This document shows, one piece after another, positions 1 through 9,312 of a DNA stretch of 53,198 nt (its first letter is position 1; every line of letters begins with the position of its first letter). The notes under the pieces were generated by a model. That model was given only the letters and a program-made list of their open reading frames with translations. It made no database searches and was not told the DNA's origin. Origin of the DNA: a virus (Duplodnaviria; Caudoviricetes); IMG/VR virus record IMGVR_UViG_3300027734_000099, positions 1 to 53,198 of that record; one strand, 5' to 3'. Both the position numbers and the translations under genes were made by a program.

Positions 1-275
1 AAAGACGCTCCTCGACCAAATGTAAAGTTAATGATGTAATCGGTAAACGCACGATAATAGTTATAAACCATCTGGGACTCGCCTACTTCACGGCGGTACG
101 ACCAGTGGTGCCCAAGATACATCGCCCAGTTAAGCGAGTAACGATTTAATCTCGGACCATGTACTTCAAATTCTTCATCCGCAAGTTCTACTAAACCAAG
201 GGGCGAAATAGAGATAGTTAAGTCAGAGGACGCAGCTCTGTAACTGGGAGGTGAAAAATCAATACCACCAGCCAT
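1..275 (-). CDS. Portal protein, N-terminal part (runs off window start)
   Basis: Manual translation MAGGIDFSPPSYRAASSDLTISISPLGLVELADEEFEVHGPRLNRYSLNWAMYLGHHW...VYNYYRAFTD; portal-like 'Y.G.H...N' pattern; GGGGAG SD; downstream of terminase. Confidence 0.7.
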   Translation of the reverse strand, partial: MAGGIDFSPPSYRAASSDLTISISPLGLVELADEEFEVHGPRLNRYSLNWAMYLGHHWSYRREVGESQMVYNYYRAFTDYIINFTFGRGAS

Positions 276-293
276 TATTCACAACTCCCCATC

Positions 294-563
294 TTAATTT
301 TTAAAACCTCTTTGTTTTTCTTTTCGTTTCTTCTCTGCTTCTTTACGCTTTTTAGCGTCTTCTGCATCTTGCTTTTCGTCACGAAGTTTTGGATCAACGT
401 CACGCTTTGAAGCTACGAACTTCCCTCCTTGACGAGCATACTCGTCCTTTAACCACTTACTAGCGGGAAAAGATAAATTCTTTGTTCCTCGAGATGGATA
501 CTTAGCTTTAGCTTGACTTCTTAACAAATTCCAAAGTTTTGGATTTGCAGGTGTGTCCGCCAA
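294..563 (-). CDS. Small basic hypothetical protein
   Basis: 89-aa Lys-rich ORF in head-gene operon. Confidence 0.7.
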   Translation of the reverse strand: MADTPANPKLWNLLRSQAKAKYPSRGTKNLSFPASKWLKDEYARQGGKFVASKRDVDPKLRDEKQDAEDAKKRKEAEKKRKEKQRGFKN

Positions 564-589
564 TTTAGATCCTCTCTAAGTAAAGACTC

Positions 590-620
590 CCAACCCCCGG
601 AGAAGGGGTACGGGGGTTGG
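590..620 (-). terminator. GC-rich hairpin (terminator/attenuator)
   Basis: CCAACCCCCG / CGGGGGTTGG 10-bp inverted repeat between genes. Confidence 0.5.
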
Positions 621-642
621 AAGCCTCTACAGTCTACTGTAC

Positions 643-1050
643 TTAGTCTGCTACTTGAGCAGGATTCATGCGTTGGTAGCGTCCACCTGAGCGGATAACT
701 TCTTCAATAACAACCTGTGAGTGATCACCAAAGTTGCCTTGTGAAAATTCTGCGTTAAAGGCTGGAGCTTCTGGCCATGCGGCTGAACCAACATGTGCAC
801 GTTGCTTCATTGTTTCTTCTGGATACTTTTCAAACACGTTAGTGTTGTGGTTTGGACGACCAGCTGGGGTGTCATAACCTTGATCCAAGCCAAGCTGAAA
901 ATCGCTTGGTACATCTGTGTCAGTTGCAATGCCTTCTTCAAAACGTAGTGGTCCACGTTGTCCAGCTACTGCGCCTGCCATCTTGCGTTCATATGTTGCG
1001 CCAACCTTCTCAGGGAATTGAGGTGTTGGAGCAATGTTTTCTACTGCCAT
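643..1050 (-). CDS. Hypothetical protein next to terminase
   Basis: ORF track 643-1068; AGGAG SD supports ATG at 1050. Confidence 0.75.
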   Translation of the reverse strand: MAVENIAPTPQFPEKVGATYERKMAGAVAGQRGPLRFEEGIATDTDVPSDFQLGLDQGYDTPAGRPNHNTNVFEKYPEETMKQRAHVGSAAWPEAPAFNAEFSQGNFGDHSQVVIEEVIRSGGRYQRMNPAQVAD

Positions 1051-1127
1051 GTTATTTCTCCTATGCATAGGGATTGAGGGTCCTCAGGTATAAGTCTCTA
1101 CCCTGGGGCTAGTTTTTAAATGCTAAA

Positions 1128-2723
1128 TTAAGAAAAAAATGGAGAAGCACTAACTTCTACCGTCGGCATAACCATATCCTGAGTCATAGCGCAGGCGATG
1201 GCTAAAGAGTCCACAAAGTCGTCGTGGGCGTGGGCTTCATCAGGGGCAGCCACTAAAAAGTTTGGCCCCTTGTATTGGACTTCAGCATCCGTCATTTGTT
1301 GGTAAAACTTCTTCCAAAGACGTAAACGACGTGTTTTTGCATGGGCTGGCCAAGAAACCATCTGTCGTTGAATTAAAGCTTGTAGGTGTTTCCAACGTTT
1401 AGATTGCTCTGTTGGACTTGAGGTAATAGGAACTACTTCAGCTCTAGGCATTAAAACTTTGAGTCGGCCTGCTACAGCATCTCCAACACCGTTGGAGTCC
1501 ACCCCAATTGCTAAGACGTCGTAGTTCCCAAGGAAGTTAACAATCTGGAAGTATTGCTCTTCCCAGTCATCTCCTTGGATCTCAAGCCAGTTTAAAATAC
1601 GATGGTCGTAATAGCCAAACTCATCAGGACGATCCCAGTCAACCCACACAACAGTAACAACCGTAGAGTCCATTTTTCTAGCGGGGTCAATACCAACAAC
1701 GACGGGAGATCTATGCCAACTTTTAACAAGCTCTTGGGAAGTATCACCAAGATCATCCATAATCGTTGAAGTGACGAACATGCCTCTTTCAAGAAGCCAC
1801 TTACAGTTGTAAGACATTTGGAATTCATCTGAGTCTTCTCCTACTCGTAACATTTCTTTTTTAATAAACTTTTCGTAGTTATCGTTAAACTTAGCTACAT
1901 CTCGCCAATCCCATTGAAAGTGGTTCTGTTTTGCAGAACGTCCAGTTTGCCTACGCTTGTTTAGTTGGATAGCTCTGTAAAAGTTATTTTTAGATGTAGT
2001 AGGGGTTCCGGTCTTTACAATAGTTGCGTTGTAGTAAGCACCCATAGGAGAAATAGACTTAGATACCACAAAGTCATCTGCTTCTTGACACTCATCAATA
2101 ATGATTAGGTGGAAAGACTTAGATTCAATTTTTGCGCGAGGGTTGGCTGTCATCATCATTAGCGTAGATCCTGAGTTCTTTAGCTTGATGTTACGCACAA
2201 CTCCAGGAGTTTTAGTAGCCATATCGTCTATCTCTGGATCACCCAGTACCTCAAGAGCTCGTTCACTAGTTAAACGTGAAACTGTTCTTCCGTACAAAGT
2301 TTCTACCTGTGACTGAATAGGTGCAAACATTCCCACCCAAATACCATCACCAAACTTACCTAGTAGATCTGGATACATCTTTGCAAGGCGAGGAAGGATA
2401 ACCATTAAGGTAGCTACAGTGTTAGCAATTGTCTCTGATTTACCTGACTGACGAGAAGCAAGAGCAGTTACTTCTTCGCCGTCGTTAATGATTACAGACT
2501 CAATAATGCGTCTAGCAAGCGGCTCTTGATATGCGTGAAGCTTATGCCCTACAAGCATTTCCATGAAGGCCATGATCTTGTCTATTAGGGCTTTAACAAA
2601 CTCTTTAGAGAGTTCGTCTAATTCATCAGGTACTTCCTCAGAAAATTCGTCGTCTTCTTGATCTAACTCATCCTCTACATAAAGCTCTTCAAATTGATCT
2701 TCGTTGTACTCAAAATCATCCAT
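1128..2723 (-). CDS. terL: Terminase large subunit
   Basis: Walker A ASRQSGKS, Walker B IIIDECQ, GTP coupling motif, nuclease GIDPA...HDDFVDSLAIA. Confidence 0.93.
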   Translation of the reverse strand: MDDFEYNEDQFEELYVEDELDQEDDEFSEEVPDELDELSKEFVKALIDKIMAFMEMLVGHKLHAYQEPLARRIIESVIINDGEEVTALASRQSGKSETIANTVATLMVILPRLAKMYPDLLGKFGDGIWVGMFAPIQSQVETLYGRTVSRLTSERALEVLGDPEIDDMATKTPGVVRNIKLKNSGSTLMMMTANPRAKIESKSFHLIIIDECQEADDFVVSKSISPMGAYYNATIVKTGTPTTSKNNFYRAIQLNKRRQTGRSAKQNHFQWDWRDVAKFNDNYEKFIKKEMLRVGEDSDEFQMSYNCKWLLERGMFVTSTIMDDLGDTSQELVKSWHRSPVVVGIDPARKMDSTVVTVVWVDWDRPDEFGYYDHRILNWLEIQGDDWEEQYFQIVNFLGNYDVLAIGVDSNGVGDAVAGRLKVLMPRAEVVPITSSPTEQSKRWKHLQALIQRQMVSWPAHAKTRRLRLWKKFYQQMTDAEVQYKGPNFLVAAPDEAHAHDDFVDSLAIACAMTQDMVMPTVEVSASPFFS

Positions 2724-2967
2724 TAGCGTGTCGCTTTACCAAAGATTCTAGGATTACGTGCAAAGCTTCTGCACCAACTCGAGCCTCTTCTAAAGTTCCC
2801 GCATCCTTTGTTTTTTGCCAACTAGATAGGTTGCGACCAATTGTATAGAGAGCATTTTCTGTCCAGGGAATTAACTCACCTGTGGGCAGTGCTTCTACAC
2901 GTTTTTCAATACGAGATTTTTCCTTTTCAGCCTTAGCTGCAGAGTTTTTCTTAAAATTAATACCCAT
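2716..2967 (-). CDS. Hypothetical protein upstream of TerL
   Basis: ORF overlapping terL start; GGAG SD before ATG 2967. Confidence 0.65.
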   Translation of the reverse strand: MGINFKKNSAAKAEKEKSRIEKRVEALPTGELIPWTENALYTIGRNLSSWQKTKDAGTLEEARVGAEALHVILESLVKRHANG

Positions 2968-3250
2968 CGTCTTGTGCTCCGAATCTAACAAAGTCCCAGT
3001 TAACTTCTTCTTCTGGTAATGCCCGTCCACGTACAGCGTTTGTTAATGCTTGACTTTCATCATAGGATGAATTCCAATGACCAATAACTATTGCCAGTCT
3101 AGTGAATGGAAGGCGAATTGAAACTCCAACCCCGCCTCTAAAAGGAAAATCTATTTCTTGAGTTTCAGCTTTTTCCCAAAGAATTGGTGGCTTTACTGGA
3201 TAAACCAAGGTATGCCAATAAAAAGGTCCGATATCTCTTGGGTTTGCCAA
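2957..3250 (-). CDS. Hypothetical protein
   Basis: 97-aa ORF packed in operon. Confidence 0.65.
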   Translation of the reverse strand: MANPRDIGPFYWHTLVYPVKPPILWEKAETQEIDFPFRGGVGVSIRLPFTRLAIVIGHWNSSYDESQALTNAVRGRALPEEEVNWDFVRFGAQDDGY

Positions 3251-3252
3251 TC

Positions 3253-3513
3253 TTAAGCCTCACAATCATGATCCATTACCTCTGCTTCACGCAAGTGTTC
3301 TGCACAGAGTTTACACCGAAACCATCTAGATGGTTGAAAGTTATTTTGTGCGGTTCCACCAGAAGGTACATCTACACCACCATCAGGTTGTGGAACATAG
3401 TCAGTAACCACTTCCGGTGATCTAAACAGTTCAGGTGGAAATGGTCCTTTAGGCTGATGCGCTGTCTCCGGTACGGGATGCCCTTGTTTCGTAACGATGC
3501 GCTCAATACGCAT
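3253..3513 (-). CDS. Hypothetical protein with C-terminal Zn-finger-like motif
   Basis: CKLC...HDC motif. Confidence 0.65.
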   Translation of the reverse strand: MRIERIVTKQGHPVPETAHQPKGPFPPELFRSPEVVTDYVPQPDGGVDVPSGGTAQNNFQPSRWFRCKLCAEHLREAEVMDHDCEA

Positions 3514-3671
3514 TATTCAGCCGGTGTGTCAGTTGTTTTCTTTGTTGTCTTCTTTGGTTCTTCCACTACAGGCTCCGCAATTACTTCTGGAGCTGGTGTC
3601 TCTTTTGGGGCTTCTGTTACCTCAGGAGATACAGGTTGTGGTGTATTCCACGGTGCTGACCATGTTGCCAT
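3513..3671 (-). CDS. Small Pro/Glu-rich protein (52 aa; not in ORF track)
   Basis: MATWSAPWNTPQPVSPEV...; GAGAGGA SD; TAATG coupling to next gene. Confidence 0.65.
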   Translation of the reverse strand: MATWSAPWNTPQPVSPEVTEAPKETPAPEVIAEPVVEEPKKTTKKTTDTPAE

Positions 3672-3703
3672 GTGATATTCCTCTCAAATAATTAAAAACT
3701 ATT

Positions 3704-3750
3704 CTACAGGGGTTTCTTGGTTGCTGACCCCCTGTAGTTACTGCTACGGT
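3704..3750. promoter_or_regulatory. Divergent promoter region with inverted repeat
   Basis: TTGCTG-N18-TACGGT on plus, TAGAAT on minus, CTACAGGGG/CCCCTGTAG inverted repeat. Confidence 0.4.
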
Positions 3751-3893
3751 ATATCCATGGCCCAGGAGACTGGGCCATCACTAACTACGTAACAAAAGGG
3801 TTGCAGTACGAATTCGGCAGACATAGGCCGGGTTGCTTTATGTGGGTGACAGTCACATCGAGTAAGAACTGGCCTTCTAGCCTAGGAGATAGT

Positions 3894-4433
3894 GTGCATA
3901 AAGATGCAAAATCGCAAATCGCAATACTGGTGGCCTATTTAATGCTTATATGCGGGATTCCCGTAGCAATGGCCGCAGAAAATAAATCAGACAGCCCAAC
4001 ACAAACAATAGTAGAGGTCGTAGATCCACTCGACAAATACCGTGGGGCAACAGACCTGACTAATAGCGAGTTGAAAGACCTGCTATCCCTAGTCGGATTC
4101 AAAGGCAACAACCTAAAAGTAGCTTGGTCAGTAGTTATGAAAGAGTCCAGGGGTAACCCAGACTCACATAACAAGACTTCAGCCACAGGGGACAACTCCT
4201 ATGGATTATTTCAGATCAATATGTTTGGCGATCTGGCAGAAAGCCGTAGAGAGAAGTTTGGTATCAAAACCGACGTGGAACTATTAGACCCGGTAATAAA
4301 CGCTCAAGCAGCGTTCTACATGACTGGTAGGGGAACAAATTGGAGTTCTTGGGGTTACGGCCCTGAAGCTTACGATGGGGACCCTGAAGAACCAGGCATT
4401 ACTAAATGGTTTGATGATTTCACTAAAAATTAA
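3894..4433 (+). CDS. Lytic transglycosylase (SLT/lysozyme-like) with N-terminal signal/anchor
   Basis: Catalytic KESRGNP and SYGLFQIN motifs; hydrophobic N-terminus; AGGAG SD before GTG 3894. Confidence 0.85.
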   Translation: MHKDAKSQIAILVAYLMLICGIPVAMAAENKSDSPTQTIVEVVDPLDKYRGATDLTNSELKDLLSLVGFKGNNLKVAWSVVMKESRGNPDSHNKTSATGDNSYGLFQINMFGDLAESRREKFGIKTDVELLDPVINAQAAFYMTGRGTNWSSWGYGPEAYDGDPEEPGITKWFDDFTKN

Positions 4434-4441
4434 ATAATAGT

Positions 4442-4465
4442 AAAGGCCCGGGAGACCGGGCCTTT
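4442..4465. terminator. Bidirectional intrinsic terminator
   Basis: AAAGGCCCGG-GAGA-CCGGGCCTTT between convergent genes. Confidence 0.8.
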
Positions 4466-4470
4466 TCTAT

Positions 4471-4761
4471 TTACTTTTCGTTTTCTTTCTTACCAGCTCT
4501 TCGTTTATTCTCTTTTGCGGTGTTCTTACCATGCTTCAATGCCCTTAGGTTTCCTTTAGAGTCATTGCTGTGGTTGTTGTCCTTGTGGTCAACATCCGTT
4601 CCTCTAGGTAGTTTTCCGTTTTTAGATTCGTAATCGGCACGAGCCTTGTTTTTCGATGTTGTAACCCACTTACCGTTTACTTTTTTCTTGTAAACGTAGA
4701 TAGGGCGACCTCCATTCGCTTTGGAACCTTTGTAGGGACCAAACTTTTTTTCTTCAGCCAT
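4471..4761 (-). CDS. HNH endonuclease
   Basis: DVDHKDNNHSNDSKGNLRAL...N HNH motif. Confidence 0.8.
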   Translation of the reverse strand: MAEEKKFGPYKGSKANGGRPIYVYKKKVNGKWVTTSKNKARADYESKNGKLPRGTDVDHKDNNHSNDSKGNLRALKHGKNTAKENKRRAGKKENEK

Positions 4762-5044
4762 TACTATCTCCCTTGCACGCACATGATGCGTTTAACTTAC
4801 CACAAGGACCGCAGGTAAAACGTTCGTGTGATTCTAAAGAACCTTGAGATTCAAGAGCATTCTCATACTTGTGCACTTCTTTGTAGCTATTAAACTTAAC
4901 GCCGTAGGTAGATGACGCATTAACAACTTGCGGCTCATTCCAAGGACGTGCAGCTTTAGAGGTACGGTCTGCTACAGACATGCGTACAACGCCGCCTCTA
5001 CCGTCCCTAGAACCGTAATGAAGGTCTTTCTTTGAGCGTCCCAT
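4754..5044 (-). CDS. Hypothetical protein, Cys-rich C-terminus
   Basis: CGPC...CAC; overlaps neighbours. Confidence 0.65.
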   Translation of the reverse strand: MGRSKKDLHYGSRDGRGGVVRMSVADRTSKAARPWNEPQVVNASSTYGVKFNSYKEVHKYENALESQGSLESHERFTCGPCGKLNASCACKGDSNG

Positions 5045-5226
5045 TAGTTTTGGTGCTCCCCACTAGCTCCGCGTCCAGGCTTAACATAGCCGTGAAAATC
5101 AGGTGCAGGAGGCTGCTCGTAAGGTAGCCCTGTTAAGTACTCAGCAGCTTCTCTTGCGTTATGTCGCAAAGATTTCTGCTTAGTAGACTTAGGGGGTTCT
5201 GGAGTAAAGTTCTTTACCCTAGACAT
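5044..5226 (-). CDS. Hypothetical protein
   Basis: 60-aa ORF in packed operon. Confidence 0.6.
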   Translation of the reverse strand: MSRVKNFTPEPPKSTKQKSLRHNAREAAEYLTGLPYEQPPAPDFHGYVKPGRGASGEHQN

Positions 5227-5228
5227 TG

Positions 5229-7259
5229 TTAGTCAGCTTTCTTCTTTGGTCCGACTTTTAGTCTGTCCAAAACAGAGTCAGCTGATTCTTCTGTCTCAAA
5301 GTCTTTATTATTTGGTTGCTTACCAAATGGTTGCTTTGCAGCACCCTGTAAAGTCTTAGAGGTTTCAGAGATTGGCTGTGTTGTTCCGGCCATGTAGAAA
5401 GCGTTGCTACGACCTTCTTTAACTTCAAAGTCTGGGAATAGGCTTAGTTGTTCCATAGGCTTAGGGGCGGCTGCTCTATCTTTCTTAGCCTTACCCTTTC
5501 CACCAGGACGTACAGCAAGTTCTTTTCCAGCACTCTTCTGAGAAGCTAAGCTACCTTGAGCTGCAAGAGCTTTGACTTCTTGAGCACCAGTCATCTCTGT
5601 AGTATCGATAGCAAACTGTTGACCTCGGTTTGATTCTGGTTTCCAATTACGATCTGTTGGTTCGTATCTAGAAATGCGATTAACTTCATCTGCAACTTTA
5701 ATTCTAGGTGCCATTTCTTCTTCAGTCCAAGGCTTTGATTGCTTACTTGCCTTCTGACCAATTTTTTCTGTCTGACTCTTAGAAAGTGGACCCTCTAGAC
5801 GTTGATACTTAGCAGGAGAAACCTGTTCAATTACAGGCTTTGGTACACCAGTTCCTGGAAGTACGGGTTGTGAGAACTGAGCTCCCTTACCTGTACTTGT
5901 AAATGTTGGAAGGTCTGTTGGTGGTTTTGAACCAACGAGGACTTCGCCCTTCTTAGCCTTAGGTGGGTACGGAGCTGCATCTGCTCGTGGTCCTCTAGGA
6001 GCCTTTGGCACAAGTATTGGTGCGGTATCTTCAACGTTTGTTGGTGTGTATCGATACTTCTTATCTGCAGGCTGAGTGCTAGAACCATGAGGACGTGTTG
6101 CGGCCTTTGGACGAGAGCTAACTGCAGGTGTTGTACTTCTTGCAACTTTTTTCTTACCAATTTGCTTCATTCCACGAGGAACTAAGCCGCTTACTGTATT
6201 AGCAATTTCTGTTGCAATATCTCCACCACGCTTACGAGAAGCCTTTGATGGACCATGCTCACTTAACATCTCTACACGCATGTGGTCTACAAGATCAATT
6301 CCAGCAGCTGGAGTGTATTGACGGTAAACAGTTTTTCCACCGGCAACCTTCATTGAGTCCCAGCCCTCATGTGAGCGAGTTACTACTGGCTTTCCTTGAA
6401 CATCTCTTGTTACACGTGCAACTTTTCCTTTTGTACGAGTAAACGCAGATGGCATGTCTGGGTGATTTGCAGCAACAGGAATTAGTTCCTTAGTGCTTGG
6501 ATGTTCCCAAAGTGCACCTTCTTTAGGTGTGTGAGTAATTTGACGCTTAGAGTCTTCGTGCTCTTGTGCAATCTTATGCAAACCATGTACGTAAGTCTCA
6601 AGACGCTGACCAGATTGTGAAGCAGCGTTCTTGTACACCTCTTCATCAGCAATACCAAAGGTATGCATAACCTTTGCTAAACGGTGATGATGTCCACCAA
6701 ATACGCTTAAAGGAGTTGCAGGAGAATCAGTTGGGCTAACACCATTAACAGTTTTACCTGTGCGTGCAGCGATCTCACGGTCACGAGTGTGTAGTGCAAC
6801 AGCACGGTCTAAGTGACCCTGTTCTTCTCCAGGAAGTCCCATACCAGACTTCATACGATCAATAAGATTGATTGCTACATCTGGCTTATCTGTTACGTTA
6901 ACAGACGCAGGTACTGCACCACCTTCAGGACGTGAAGGTAGTTTTCCAAAATCAAGTACTGTAGTTTTGTTTACGCGGCCGGTACCTACATTGCCAGCAG
7001 CTGCACGTGCTTCTTGCCCTGGAGTAATCTCTTCAATGTTTGGCTTAGAACGTAGAGGATCTGCAACAGCAGGTGCATCCTTAGGGGCGGAGGTACTTGA
7101 AGGCAAACCTTCCATGCGCTCAGCATTTCCTGCTTGAATACTCTCGTTACTAGCGTCTTTAGCTTGAGCAACAATTACTTCATCTGCTCTTTGTGAAATC
7201 TTTTTTAAACCTTCTTTAGCTGCACCTGCGCTAGGAATGTTACGAGTATCTTTAGCCAT
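5229..7259 (-). CDS. Large basic low-complexity protein (possible internal virion protein)
   Basis: 676 aa, Ala/Pro/Lys-rich, no recognisable domain. Confidence 0.75.
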   Translation of the reverse strand: MAKDTRNIPSAGAAKEGLKKISQRADEVIVAQAKDASNESIQAGNAERMEGLPSSTSAPKDAPAVADPLRSKPNIEEITPGQEARAAAGNVGTGRVNKTTVLDFGKLPSRPEGGAVPASVNVTDKPDVAINLIDRMKSGMGLPGEEQGHLDRAVALHTRDREIAARTGKTVNGVSPTDSPATPLSVFGGHHHRLAKVMHTFGIADEEVYKNAASQSGQRLETYVHGLHKIAQEHEDSKRQITHTPKEGALWEHPSTKELIPVAANHPDMPSAFTRTKGKVARVTRDVQGKPVVTRSHEGWDSMKVAGGKTVYRQYTPAAGIDLVDHMRVEMLSEHGPSKASRKRGGDIATEIANTVSGLVPRGMKQIGKKKVARSTTPAVSSRPKAATRPHGSSTQPADKKYRYTPTNVEDTAPILVPKAPRGPRADAAPYPPKAKKGEVLVGSKPPTDLPTFTSTGKGAQFSQPVLPGTGVPKPVIEQVSPAKYQRLEGPLSKSQTEKIGQKASKQSKPWTEEEMAPRIKVADEVNRISRYEPTDRNWKPESNRGQQFAIDTTEMTGAQEVKALAAQGSLASQKSAGKELAVRPGGKGKAKKDRAAAPKPMEQLSLFPDFEVKEGRSNAFYMAGTTQPISETSKTLQGAAKQPFGKQPNNKDFETEESADSVLDRLKVGPKKKAD

Positions 7260-7780
7260 TAGTAAGTGCCTCCACCTTTTGTAGGACGTGCACGACGTGG
7301 TGACTTAGTTGATGGTGGCTTAGGTGCTGCAGCACTTCCTGAAGAACGACCAGTTTTTGAAGTAGCACGTGATGTAGTTGGGGTTCCTGTTTCAGGTGTA
7401 CCAACCCCTGTTTGTGATCCAAGAGCACGATCTGCCAAACCTTTTTTCTGAAATGAAATTCCTGTTGCGCTTGACTGTGTTACGTCACTTAGATCAGCGC
7501 CTTCTTTTTTGTAGAAACGGGCGCGACTCTTTTCACGCTTAAACCCTGTGTTACCAAGATAATCTTTAGCTGCGGCATCTACAACAGCTTTGTGTGTAGC
7601 ACGTTCCTTAATATGTTCAGTGTCTATCTTTGCACGCTCTCCGTGCAACTCTAGTTGAAGCTGTGCCATTGAGCGGGCACGGTATTGATCGCCAATACCT
7701 CCAAATAACTTACCAATCCAATTTCCTGTTCCTCCACTACGGGGAGCAACAAAGCCCTGGTTATTCTGTGGTGCTGGCAT
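7259..7780 (-). CDS. Hypothetical basic protein
   Basis: 173-aa ORF coupled to next gene. Confidence 0.7.
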   Translation of the reverse strand: MPAPQNNQGFVAPRSGGTGNWIGKLFGGIGDQYRARSMAQLQLELHGERAKIDTEHIKERATHKAVVDAAAKDYLGNTGFKREKSRARFYKKEGADLSDVTQSSATGISFQKKGLADRALGSQTGVGTPETGTPTTSRATSKTGRSSGSAAAPKPPSTKSPRRARPTKGGGTY

Positions 7781-7801
7781 AATAAGGATCCGTTCCTTTG
7801 T

Positions 7802-8002
7802 TTAGATTAATATCATTTTAACTAGTGCGCCTGTTTTTGTAAGCGCATCTGCTTGTTCGTTATAGTGATGGGCGCAGAATGTTAAGACGCCTGTTGCAAA
7901 AAAGGCGCCAAATTGTGCTCTAGCAGAGCACTGGTCACATTGCTCCCGAACCCCCACCGTCAGAAGCTGTAGCTCCTGTTGATCCTCCAACATCTCCGCC
8001 AT
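7802..8002 (-). CDS. Small Zn-binding protein (CxxC...FCxHH)
   Basis: CDQC...LTFCAHH motif; AGGAG SD before ATG 8002, inside upstream ORF. Confidence 0.65.
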   Translation of the reverse strand: MAEMLEDQQELQLLTVGVREQCDQCSARAQFGAFFATGVLTFCAHHYNEQADALTKTGALVKMILI

Positions 8003-8210
8003 AACCAGACTCCTGTCCAAAACCGTTTTGTGCGGTTTCATTTGGGCTATTATCGTTTCCAGGTGCAGTTCCTCCACCCCAAAACCCACCGTAGTAGATC
8101 TGGAACCAAGGAATTCCACCAACTGCGTAGCCACCGCCCAAGCGCCCCACTGTCTTGTGGTGCTTGTGCTTCTTAACCTTGAACTGTTTTTTATCTATGG
8201 CCATACCCAA
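7935..8210 (-). CDS. Gly-rich hypothetical protein
   Basis: 91-aa ORF, basic N-terminus, Gly-rich tail. Confidence 0.55.
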   Translation of the reverse strand: MGMAIDKKQFKVKKHKHHKTVGRLGGGYAVGGIPWFQIYYGGFWGGGTAPGNDNSPNETAQNGFGQESGYGGDVGGSTGATASDGGGSGAM

Positions 8211-8244
8211 ATAATCCCACTATTGTGTGGCACATAAATGCCAA

Positions 8245-8266
8245 AGGCCGGGATTTCTCCCGGCCT
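8245..8266 (-). terminator. Hairpin terminator
   Basis: AGGCCGGGA / TCCCGGCCT stem with GAAA loop on minus strand after 8293-9252 gene. Confidence 0.65.
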
Positions 8267-8292
8267 CTGCGCTATTAAATTGTTTGTGTTGA

Positions 8293-9252
8293 TTATGAAG
8301 CTGCGTAAGGTGTGATTGTGATTGTTGCTGTTGTAGCCACAGATGCAGCGCCTGCTGCTGTTGACTGTGTCTTGATTGTGCTGAAACGTGCTGGGACCTT
8401 GGCTGTACCTGTATCTGCTGCTGAGGAAACGTTTCCTGTTGTCTTAGCGTAGGTAAAGGTAGTTGCTGTAGGTACTGTTGCAATTGCAACAAGTGTTGCA
8501 GCAAGTGTTGTAGCTGTAACTGGTGCAACTGTAACAAGGTCACCAACTGCAAAGCCGTGAGCTGCTGCTGTGGTAATTGTTGCTACGTTGCTTGTAAGGG
8601 CTACGTTAGAGATAGCTGGGGTTACTGCTGAAGCTGTTGTGATGTTAGCTGCTTCGTAACCAGCATCCTTAAGTGTGTCAAGGGCTACTGTTGTTGTTTG
8701 TCCAACTACGTTAGGTACTTGAATGTAACCAAGACCATAACCATCAGCTGCTGTACGAGCTGTTGTCTTTTCTACTTTGCCGTACCACTGTCCTGTAATT
8801 TCACCAGCGTTAGCTGCGTTAGTTACTGTGAACTTAAGTGGAGTTGCTGTAGCAACTGTTGCTGCTGAAAGGTTGTAAGCTGAAGCTGTAAGGCCAGTAA
8901 TGTTTACTGAATCTCCAGCTGCAAGTTTATTTTGTGATGTGTATGTAACAGTTGTTCCGTTACCTGAAGCTGCAGTAACCATATAGTTACCTGCTGCTTC
9001 TACGAATGAAGGGAAGTTAGCCCAATCTGCTTCAATGTCTGAGTGATTTCCAAGTGACGCGTTTAGACGTGCGCTTGGATTCTTTGAGTATCCAGACCAG
9101 CTCTTGTTCTGTGCTGCATTGTTTGCAACTACTTCAACAGCTGTGCCGTCTGTGCGCTCATCATTTGGTTGTGGAGCAAAGTTGCCCCATACAAAATCTA
9201 CGGCAATGTTGCCGGAGGAATCAAGTAGATTCCCGTTGTTATTTACTGCCAT
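8293..9252 (-). CDS. Putative virion structural protein with PASTA-like segment and two beta-rich Thr/Ala repeats
   Basis: VPNVVGQTTTVALDTLKDAGY PASTA-like; two similar 'T.T....(L/F)..GD.V.(I/V)...TF' units. Confidence 0.65.
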   Translation of the reverse strand: MAVNNNGNLLDSSGNIAVDFVWGNFAPQPNDERTDGTAVEVVANNAAQNKSWSGYSKNPSARLNASLGNHSDIEADWANFPSFVEAAGNYMVTAASGNGTTVTYTSQNKLAAGDSVNITGLTASAYNLSAATVATATPLKFTVTNAANAGEITGQWYGKVEKTTARTAADGYGLGYIQVPNVVGQTTTVALDTLKDAGYEAANITTASAVTPAISNVALTSNVATITTAAAHGFAVGDLVTVAPVTATTLAATLVAIATVPTATTFTYAKTTGNVSSAADTGTAKVPARFSTIKTQSTAAGAASVATTATITITPYAAS

Positions 9253-9312
9253 TTTTTATTTCCTCACTGATCAATGTGGTTGTTCGTTCGAACCCACAAA
9301 TGGTGACAGAAA

